In this document: positions 27,750 to 37,615 of the stretch, piece by piece
Layout of the letters: every line of letters starts with the position of its first letter
Numbering within the stretch: the first letter of the stretch is position 1
The notes under the pieces: model-generated
Database searches by the model: none
The model's input: the letters and a program-made list of their open reading frames with translations, nothing else
Told to the model about the DNA's origin: nothing
Position numbers and translations under genes: made by a program
Source of the DNA: Protoeuglena noctilucae
Taxonomy: Eukaryota
Direction of reading: 5' to 3'
NCBI GenBank assembly: GCA_958009085.1
Contig: OY253672.1
Coordinates: 1,302,001 to 1,366,000, forward strand
DNA: 64,000 nucleotides

Positions 27750-30700
27750 ATGGCGAAGGAGGCGACCCACGACATCAGGCGAGGGACGCCGAGCGCACGG
27801 GGTTCACGACTAACATCGGCGTCGGGCCATCCGTCCCTCGGGGGCCGGGAGGGCGCGACTGCGACGGGGCGCCATGCTTCACACCCCAGCGTGCTGCCGG
27901 TGCCCTCACAAGTCTCGCCGAGGAGTGCTCCTGCGAGTCCTTCCTTCTCTCGTCCCCGCAGGTCCTCCTCCGCCCTCGCCCATCGGCTGTGCGCGGGGCT
28001 GCGGCTGGATGCGCGGGTGTTCGTCGAATACATCTGGTTGGGCGGGAGCGGCAGCGCCTCGGACATCCGCAGCGCCACCCGCATCCTTGATGAAGCTCCA
28101 AGCTGGTGAGCTGCACCCCTTGCGCGCTCGACCGCCGGTATTCGCCGCCGACTTCTGCCAGCAAAAGGTTACCTGTCGGCCCGCGCGCCGAATCGCCCGA
28201 TTCCCGTGCCTGCAGTGCTGAGGACGTCCCTCCAATAACCCTGCGCGCGGCCGCTTCCGGCGTCACGTCGGAGGCGACCGCTTGCGTGGTCATCCGCCCG
28301 CGCGTTCTCTTTTCGGACCCTTTCAGGCGCGCGCGCCGCGCGCTGGCCAGGAGCGACTCTGCCGGCTCGCGCACGCGCCCTTCCGACTCTCTCCATGCTC
28401 TCGCATCGACCGCAGGGGCGGCCCGCATCTCCTGGCCCTGTGCGACACAAACGTGCCTCACCAGCTCGACGGCAGCGGGCAGGTGGCCTTCCCCGAGCAC
28501 CCCCACGATCAGAACAACCGCGCGGCGTGCGCGGACATGGTCTCCCGCGCGCATTCGCGCCGCCCGTGGGTCGCCTTCTGCCAGGAGTAGACGCTCCTCG
28601 ACCCCATCACGGAGTGGCCCCTGGGCTGGCCCAACCGCGGCATGCCCGCGCCGCTGCCGCCCTCCGCGCAAGTGGGCGGCGCACCCAGCATGCCGCACGG
28701 TCGGGACATCGCCGAGACTCACGCGCGCTTCTGCGTGCACGCGGGCGTCAAGGTCACCAAGTTCCGTGCCACCTCCGTCCCCGGCGTCTGGTGCTTCCAG
28801 GTGCCGCCTTCGCCGCCCGATATCCGACTGTCGCACGCGGGCGACACGGATGACGTAGATGACGCGCCTGCGCCCCTCTGCCGCCCGCCACGCAGCCGCC
28901 CGCCGGCCCGTCGCCCCGCAGATCGGTCCGTCTGAGGCCCTCCCAGCGGCCGACCACCTCTGGGCCGCACGGTACATCCTCAGCCGCGTGTGCGAGGCTT
29001 TCGGCGTCGGGGTCAGCTGGGACCCTAAGCCAGTGCCTGGGGACTGGCCCGGGTGCGGCTGCTCGGTCAAGTTCTCGACCGTCGAAACCCGCGTGCCGGG
29101 GAACGGCTGGTTCGAGATCGAGCGGCAGCTCTCGAGGCTGCAGCAGATGGAGAAGCACGTCATGCACATGCAGGCGTACGGGCTGGGCCTGGACCGGCGC
29201 ACGGGGCCCCTGGCTGGGCTGTTCCAGCCGGCATGGGACGTCGGGGAGGGCTCCTCCTCGACTCTGTACGTCCCCTCGCGCGTGCTCCTGCAGCGATGCG
29301 GGCACTGGGTTGACCAGCGCCCCGGTGCGTCCCTGGACCCCTACATCGCCCTCCTGCTCCTCATCAGCACCGCCCTGGACATCCCACTCCCGGAGGTGCG
29401 TGCTGCTCTGGGATCGCAAGGCGTCACTGCTCAGGGTGCCACCCCTGCAGCAGCGTTGACACATTGCTTAAGAGCTGCCGTAGGGGCCGAAGGGTCCCTT
29501 GGCTCGACTTGAGAGGGAGAGGCAATCACTAGTCACATGCGTGATGCGTATCGTATATCCTCGTGTCGCTTGCAGCGGAGCGGGGCGGACCTGGAGGGGT
29601 CGCACCATCAGGAGACGATCCTGTCATCCATGCTGCACCGTTTCGGGGCCATCAACACGAGCGGGGGTGGGTCCATGCACGGTGGGAGCCACTACGGTGC
29701 CACGGGCGGGCTCGGTGCCACCAACAGGGGAGGAGGCGTGTACGGGGGACTGGGCGCGTTGGGTGGCTCTGCCCATGACGGCGTGGGGTGGCTCATGATG
29801 CGGGCACAGGGGGCGCCGGGAGCGAAAGCCGCCCCTGAGCAGGTGAGCACCCCGTCAGTATGCTTGACCGACGGTTAGTGTCACAGTTATAAGAGTTGAG
29901 GAATTGCAGTGCTGACTGGTGTTGCATAGTGCAGTTCTGGTTTCCCCCGCAGAGCCAGGTGGGCGCCGGCAACAACTCCGCGCACCGAGGGCGCTCTGGG
30001 GTGGTGGCGCGGCGATCCTCACAGGGCCGCAACGCCGGGGGCCACGACGCGGGCGCAAGGAGCCCCTTAGTGGGATCGGGTGAGTGGTCACGGACCTGGT
30101 GATTAGAGATACTTCAGTGTCACAAGGCACCGGCGATGGCAATTGGTTCCGTCGTCGTTGACACATGCATGTCGGGGCACCTGACGCCGACGTCCCGCGT
30201 GGCAGCAGTGTCCCTTACGTGAGAGGCGCTGCCATGCACCGTGGTCGCAGTGCCGGAGGGTGGGCTCCGCGCCGTGGGAGGGGAGGGTCACATGCGCTTT
30301 GGAGACGCGGAGGACTTGGCGGAAGGCAGCAGCCACAAGCGGCCCCGCAGCAGCCGCGACCACGCGGGGCGGCCTCGTCAGGGGTGAGGGCCACGCACCT
30401 GCCCCGCATGTACACACGCATTGCTCTCTCTCTCCCCGGTCTGCTGGGGGTCGCTGCTTGGGGCCTGCTGGGTCTGTGACGGCAATGGTGTCCCGCGCAC
30501 TCCTCCATAATGCTTTCACCTGCGCCCACGGCTCAGTTGTCTATGTCCGTGTCCATGTTGCCTCCCCTGCAGCGGTCAGATGAAGCACGACTGCGTCGAC
30601 ACAGCTCTGCTTCACTGGGAGCCCCCCTGGATGGAGGGGACGGGGGAGGTGGCAAGGGCGAGGGAGCCAGCGGGGCACAAGAAGGAAGTCCAAAAGAGGA

Positions 30701-31154
30701 TTGCGTCGGGAGAGGAAATGAGCGAGACGTCACCGGACTCGATCGCGGCCATGATGGCGCGGGACGCTGCGGAGGGGAACTCCGAGGAGGGATCGGAGGT
30801 GAGGAGGGCGCAGCGGTTTTGTGAAGCTCATCATGTAGAGGAGGGATCGGAGGTGAGGGACGAGGGCGCAACGATGTGCTGGGGTCGTCTCATAGAATAG
30901 ACGGTGCATTTGCGTATCTGGCCAAGCATGGGGTCATACGTGAGCAGCAGTGTTCTCCCAGCACCCCGGCCGTGCGTTGCGCGAGGATAGACCCAGCGCC
31001 GTGCGTCTCGCGGCTCCCGCAGTCGGGCGAGCGCTCCGGGGCGACGGGATCGGGGGTTCGGGGAGCGGGGAGGGCCGCTGAGAGCGGGGCGGGCCCTGGG
31101 GGTCGCTCGGGCGAGGGCGAGCCTGAGCCTGCTAGGTCACACGCCCCCAGCTGA
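27750..31154 (+). pseudogene. Glutamine synthetase II-like gene: catalytic residues lost, one in-frame TAG (28588-28590), long low-complexity C-terminal tail
   Basis: GSII scaffold VEYIWLGG, DPFRGG..LALCD, QE*TLL..WPLGWP, HGRDIAETH..C..AG, DHLWAARYIL.RVCE, DPKPVPGDW and DQRP..DPY. All ten or so exons splice in frame apart from the single TAG. Pseudogene status is uncertain. Confidence 0.75.
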
Positions 31155-31423
31155 CCTCGGCTGGAGCCCATTGGGCGCCGTTACGATAGCAAACAGCGCA
31201 CGGTGCTCAATTCTCGCCTCTTGTCTTCATCTGCTTCCGTATCGTTCACATCACGTTACCTGGATGCCGGTCCCAGTGCCATTGCACCCCAGCGCCTCGT
31301 TCCCCCGTTGCCGAGCAAGCGGCGCCACCACTTGCCAACCGCATCCGTATTTGCTTCTCTGGACCCCCGCCACTGCTATCTCCGTGCCTGTTTGCGCATT
31401 GCAGTTGCGTGATTGAACGCGCG

Positions 31424-33409
31424 TCAGCGGTACACGATGTAAACGCAGAAGATCCACGCAATCAAAGCCGCCGAGCATCGGATCACGTTCCCCGCGTGCC
31501 AGAGGGACAGGTTCCCCCGGTAGTCAGCCGCAACGTGGGGGACCATGGCCTGGGTGGTGATGGTCGGGACGTCCTGCGCCGCGCTGATCAGTCGCACGTC
31601 GGTCTGGACGTACGTGACGAGCTCATAGCGCCTGGCCGCGAAAGTCATCCGCTGCTCCACGAACGCCATGGCCACATTGGCGCCAAACCCCACCGCGTAA
31701 ATGACCAGGAGCACCCAGAGGCGCTGGCGCTTCGTGGAGCCGTCTCCCGTGCTCGACCGGCGCTCGCACGACAGCAGGAACCACGCGTGCGCCAGGGCCG
31801 AGGACAGCAGCCAGTGGAACACCGCGTTGAGCGGCTCCAGGGACCTCCCCCTGCGCGCGACAACGCATGGGGCGTGGATCACTCAGCGAGGTGTCAGCGA
31901 GGTGCACAGTGCTTCATCATAGCCACGCAAGCTGCAATGACATGCTTCGTCATACCGTCATGACACAACGGTCATGGCCCGCGCGACGAGAGCACGCACC
32001 AGTAGGTGAGGAACCCATCGGCGACGCCGTCCGCCAGGTCCTGCTCTTGCACGACGATGCCGACGAGGAAGACGAGCGAAATGCCCGCGAGCACGCCGAC
32101 GACGATGGTGCCGAGCATCATGGCCTGCCGGAACACGCTCTTCGCCAGGTCCCTGGCTGGGACAAGCTCCGACTGCGCAGGCGCCTCCCCGTCCCCCGAG
32201 TCGCTGTCCTCGGCCGCAGCGCCGCCGGGGCCGCAGAGGCGCCGCCGCCGCCGTCGACGCACGCGCCGCAACGCGCCCTTGGAGCCGGGGATGGACTGCA
32301 AGGGGCGGAAGGCGATGCACGTGCGTCGACTCATGTTGACCTTGGACCATGCACCCGGGGAGCCTCTCACTGCAAGAGCTCAGCAGGCGACAAGTTGTGA
32401 CAAGGTACGTTCGAGGTATATTCCATTTATTCCATACCTCGAAGAACTCTCCCGTGGCATAGTCCTCGACAAACGTCTTGGCTGCCCCGACGCCCGCCGC
32501 CTGAGAGCCCCGTGTCGCCTGCTGCAGGGCCCCCGCGCGCCAGTCGAGCTCCAGCGGGGCCGCTGCGTGCCGAAAGAGTAAGAGAAATGGCAACCAACAG
32601 CAACAGGCTTTGTCAGGGCGCGTGAGCGGTGCGGCATCGATGGGAACGCGCAAACGTGTACCTGTGGAGGGGTCCGGCGGGGGGTCCGTGGAGGGCTGCG
32701 GGGGCTGGAGGGGCAGCTGCGATGCCAGGGACGACGCGCGGCTCGGCAGTCGGGGGTCCTCGGGGTTGTATGGGGCGTAAGGGGCAGCCATACCCGGTGC
32801 CATCGGTGGCAGGGGCGGTAAGGCCTGGGCCTGAGACTGGTAGGGCCTGCACGCAAGGATGGCGATGCGTCAGCGCAAGTAGGACCGCGCCGAGCTCGGC
32901 AACAGATGGACTTGAGCTGGGCTTCAAGACTCACCCAGGCATGCTCATAGGGGCCAGGGGTGGGAGCCCGGGCAGGCCTGGCGGGCCCGGGAGAGGGGGC
33001 AAACCCGGGAAGGGTGGGTTGCCGAGTTGTTGCGAACCCAGGGGCATGAGAGGGGGCAGGCCGGGCTGCTGCATTTCAGGGATGGATGGTAGCGGGAGCG
33101 GGGTGGGGCCCCATGTGCCGCCGGGCCGAGGTGGGAGGCCCTGGGCAGGCGGGAGGGGTGGGAGAGACGGCCCCGATGACGACGGATAGCTGCGCGGGAG
33201 GGCGAGGGGGCCGATGGTGTTAGTACTAGAGCAGAAGCGTCTTTGCGACCTGCGCCGACGCGGCCGTGCATCCGCGAGCCCGGAAGACGCGCAGCATAGC
33301 ACCTGGATGGCAGGGGTGGAAGCGTCGGCAGGCCCGCCGACGTCATCTGGCCGTACGCGCCTAAAGAGGGCAGCGGGGAGCCCTGCCCGCCCCGCCCCGG
33401 CCCCTGCAT
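31424..33409 (-). CDS. TMEM237: TMEM237-like ciliary transition-zone membrane protein (Pro-rich N-terminus, 4 TM segments)
   Basis: Four hydrophobic helices with motifs GVLAGISL, FLTY..LEPLNAVFHWLL, IYAVGFGANV and WHAGNVIRCSAALIAWIF, aligned by eye to TMEM237 (GFLAG..QQY..P....Y.LL..W...N.......SW). Confidence 0.65.
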
Positions 33410-33923
33410 CCTCCCCGCCGGCGCGACCTCCCCTCCGCGGGGGGCGCAGAGTGGTTACACCCGGCGCGCCCTGGTGGCAGACGAAGCTCAGAGACGAAGG
33501 ATTTTGATCCTTGAGCTTCAAACGCACCGCGTCTGCACTCCAAGGCGTCTGCTGATTAAAAACCTGAACTCTGCTGCCTCGCGATCCAAATAGGTCAAAG
33601 TGAGATGTTAGCGATGATCCGCGGGGGCGCAGGCGTTTCAGGGGCGGGCTGGAGCTGCTGTCAGACATTTGAGGTGCGCTCACTGGCACTCCCCGGCTCC
33701 TCCCTTCGTCCCCGCGCCTCCATCTCCTGCGCCTGTCTACACCGTTGACGTGGCTGAGTGAGGCGCGGCCTGGGTTTTCTTGAAAAGTCATTGCGCGCCC
33801 TGCTTTCTCTATTCCTGCCCCGCACGGACCTGCCGGTCACCAGTCGCGCCATCAAAGCGGACCATTGCGATAAAGATAAACTGAACACCTAGCCACCGGC
33901 GCGTTTCGGCGCAGGGAAGGGCC

Positions 33924-35404
33924 ATGGTGGCGGAGGCCTCGGCGGCGGCCGTCAGGGTCCGGGTGGCCAAGACGAAGAAGGGCAAGCGATACCTGGAGAG
34001 CCGCGCGCCCAAGTTGGCGGAGGATCCCAAGAAGCTCATGACGCTCAGGGGGCGGAAGACGTCGGAGGTGGTGAAGAAGCTGCTCGTCGACCTAGGTGAG
34101 GGTCGCTGCGGCGAACAGGGGCGCCACGCGCGGGCGCGCGCGCTGACTGCGGGTCCATGTGGCTCGCAGGGAGGCTTAAGGCCGGGGAAGTTGTAAAGAT
34201 GTCCCGGAACAACGATCTACAGCCCTTCGAGCCCGGTGGGGAGGAGCCGCTGCAGTTCATGGTGAGCCGGGGGCCCTCGCGTCGTGCTCAGTGATGCGGC
34301 ATCGTCATCTCTCTGCGGCGGCGTCGAAAGTCGCGCGCGCCGCGCCCGCAGTGCGACCGGAGTGACTGCAGCACCTTTGCGCTTGGCTCGACGTCCAAGA
34401 AGCGGCCGCACAACCTCATCCTCGGACGCATGTTCGACTTCCACCTCCTGGACCTTCTCGAAGTCGGCGTCAGCAACTTCCGCTCGCTCGAGGAGTTCCA
34501 CGGGGCGGCGCGCAGCCAGGTCGGCAACAAGCCCTGCTTCGTGTTCGCGGGCCAGGAGTTTGAGACGAAGACCGATTACGCGGCGCTGAAGTCCATGATC
34601 CTCGACATCTTCCGCGGCCGCGTCGTGGACCGCATCAACCTCAAGGGCCTCGACCGCGTCATCTCGGTCGTGGCCGCCGACGGCGTCGTTCGCTTCCGGC
34701 ACTACGCAGTGGCGATGAAGAAGTCGGGGACCAAGGCGAGCGCCGCGAATGAGAGGCATGAACATGGCGCGCTTTGGTGTCGGCGGGAACGCCCCCGACT
34801 ATCACTGCATGACGAGCATGATCGTGCCCACCGCAGACGCCGCGTGTGGAGCTCACCGAGTGCGGGCCCCGTATGGACCTGACTATCAGGTGATTTGCCA
34901 GCGCCGAGTACTTGACAGCGGCTGCTGCAGCGTTTGTTCGCATGGCGCCCCCGTGGCTGGCAGCTGGTACGAGCTGGCTGTGCTGCAGACCCTATCGCCC
35001 CCCTGTCCCTGCCCCAGGAGGCACCGCCCGGCCCAGGAGTCGCTCTTGAAAGAGGCGATGAGGATGCCCAGGACGGCTGGGAAGAGCAAGATCAAGAACG
35101 CCAAGATGGACAGCCTGCTGGGCAAAGTGGGACGCATCTACATGCCGCAGCAGGAGCCAGAGAAGATGGCGACCAAGAAGATGAAGGGCGTCAAGCGGCA
35201 AAGGTGCGTTGACATTTACGCTAGCCGTGCGGCGGGCACCGTGCGCTCTCGTCGCGCATGTGACAGCAGTGGTGGCTGGCAGTGCCGGCCTAGCCCTGGT
35301 GTGCCAAACTGACTCGGTTCACTTTCTCTGCCTGGCGCAGGAGGGAGGAGGCGGCGAGCAGGAAGAAGGCGCGGCAAGATCGTGCCGAGGCAGAGTCCGA
35401 CTGA
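33924..35404 (+). CDS. RPF2: Ribosome production factor 2 (Brix domain)
   Basis: Motifs KTKKGKRYLESRAPKL.E, SKKRPHNLILGRMFD, GNKPCFVFAG..F, LKSMILDIFRG, PRVELTECGP and GRIYMPQQ. Confidence 0.93.
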
Positions 35405-35479
35405 CGGCAAAACGCAAGGCACGCGCTCATACAGGGCGCGTGGTGTAACGCGGCAAAAGGCACTGGGCTCCATCGCGGG

Positions 35480-36981
35480 CTACGTCTTGAGCGAGAAGGA
35501 GAGCTTCGGTCGGGTCTTGCCCTTCCCGAGGATGATGGCCTGCTCGGACATTGTCTCCATCTCCTGCCGGCGACGCTCCTCGGCACGCCTCCGCTCTTCT
35601 GCCTGCTGCTCCTGCAGCTCCCGCAGCCGCCGCTCGTTCTCCTCCGCGGTGCGCCGCGACTCCTCCTCCGCCCTGCGCTGCGCCTCCTGCGTGGAGGGCG
35701 TGGCGGCGCTGTCTAGTCCCCTGGCGCAGTGTCAGGCGCCGCACGCATGACGCGCTGCTTTGGTCCAAGTCCCACCTCGACCTTGATCTCGTTCTCCACC
35801 TCCGCTTTCATCAGCTCCCGCTTCTTGGCCAGCAGCTGCTCGCGCTCCTTCTGAATCTGCTCCTCCACTTGCATTTCGAGACGAACGCGCGCCTCCTTGA
35901 GCTTCTCTTGCAAGTAGTTACGCACTGCCTCGGTCTGCATCGCCTCCTCCACCCTGAGTGCGGCGCGGGAGGAGTGTAATTAGCGGCAGGGATGCGATTG
36001 GTGGGGATTCAAGGATCAAGGACTGTCGGTGGTGGGCAGGGTGGAGCTCGCAGATGCAACCTCACCTGCGCTTCACCTCCGCCTCGGTCCTCGCCGCGAC
36101 TTCCTGAGCGATGTAGCGCTCTTCGATCTGCTTGCGGCGCCTGTTTGTGCGACGGCGGGAGGGGGCTGCGCTGAGCCCCCGGCATGGAACTACCCGCCCC
36201 CCCCCCCCCCCCCCCCACGCTGCTCGGGTTAAGGCACCTTCCTCCTCTCGTGAGATGACACCTCGGATGGCAGCGCAAGCACATGCACATGGAGGGCAAC
36301 GACATCACAACTCAGGCTGTGGCACAAGCGCATGCTGCAACCGCCTGGGTCTGCAATGCATGCCCCCAGTCAGTCCCCCTGTCCCTTCCGGGCGGAACTG
36401 TCGACTCCTGCGCGACCATTTGTTGGAGGAAGCACGCGAGTGCCTCGCGGCGAACCAGGTCTGCTTCCGTTAGCCTGACTCCCCTCCCTCTTCGCCCCAG
36501 CGCAAATCTGACGGTGACTCTGCACACCTTTCGTCCAAATACGTTTCCTCCGGGTCCCGAGTCGAGTCCCGCGCCTGCCTGGGCCCGGCATCTGCGGTGC
36601 GATCCCGTCCCCTTGCGGGCTCCTCGCTGGCGCTCCTGCTGCGGCTCGGCGTGCGCTCCTGCCTGCGGCGGTCGCCCCTGTCGACCTCGGCTCGATCTCG
36701 CTCGTCCCACCGGTCGCCCCGCCGCCCGTCGCGCCTGCAAATACATAATGTTCAAAGGTGACTCGAGAGCGTCTCAAGGCCGACGGTGGCCGAGTTGCAT
36801 TGCACCTCCTCCGCGCAACTGCTGCACTCATGCACTAGGCCACGTGCGAGGCCGTGCTCTCGCTGCAGCATCCACACCTCTCGGGGGTTCGACTTCGACG
36901 CCTGCCCCGGTCGCGAGGCGGGGGAGACCTCCGCGGCGGAGACCTCCGCCGGTCACAGCCTCGCAAGGGCGACCTGCCCAT
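35480..36981 (-). CDS. ARGLU1: Arginine- and glutamate-rich protein 1
   Basis: RS-rich N-terminus (MGRSP..RRSPPRRSP), an E/R coiled coil and the diagnostic C-terminus ILGKGKTRPKLSFSLKT*. Confidence 0.85.
36197..36216. repeat. C20 homopolymer in an ARGLU1 intron
   Basis: A run of 20 C. Confidence 0.9.
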
Positions 36982-37615
36982 TGACTGAGGAGTCAGGAAC
37001 CCCCTGAAGCACGCCTGCTGAGCGGCTGAGCAGCGCCGGTGGGAGACGCCGTTCCAAAGGGACCGCCTATGCCGGCAGCACGCACCGTCAGCGTGGTCTG
37101 ACAACACGAGCAGACAAGCCTGCTGAGCACGGGAGGCGCTGCCGGCTTCTCAGGACTGATGCGCTGGCGGGCGTCCTGGCGACGGGTCCTGGCACGAAAA
37201 AAGCGGCCCCTGGGCGGTCAAGAGTGGGTGTGCGCTGTCCTGCGACCCAACAACGTCCCTGTTCGAGCGCCTGCTATTGCATCGGGGGGCTGGTTTTCCC
37301 CCGGCAGTCTTGGCCAGCCTCATGCTAGCCGGGGAGCGGCTCTTGCCGGCCTCGTGCAGTGGCAGGGGTTCAACGGCAGTTATTACATGCCGCGGCTTCC
37401 GCGTCAGGATGTGCGCCTCCTCGGGTCGCCTCTCGGAAGTCCGGAGAGGGCCCGCGACGCCGATAAAGGCGACGCTGTCGACTTGCGCGCGAGATTTGAG
37501 GGGCATCCTGCTCAAGAAGCGATGGGTTCGCTCATCGGCCCTCAAGGCGAGCGGCCCGCGCGCTTGGGGGCTATCCAGACCACGGGCCGACCCGACTCGC
37601 GATGGTGGACTCGCC

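Noticed and set aside
28588..28590. Genome-wide TAG/TAA reassignment (as in some ulvophytes, TAR=Gln)
   Set aside because: TAA ends HSP70 right after EEVD. TAG ends ARGLU1 right after its conserved C-terminal motif and also ends SAS-4. I met no other in-frame TAR in conserved exons, and the expected residue here is Tyr, not Gln.
37000..37610. Possible extra gene or tRNA between ARGLU1 and FtsHi (ORF 37159-37860, GTTCGA-like words)
   Set aside because: I could not build a cloverleaf or recognise a protein motif. It is most simply a divergent promoter and 5' UTR region.
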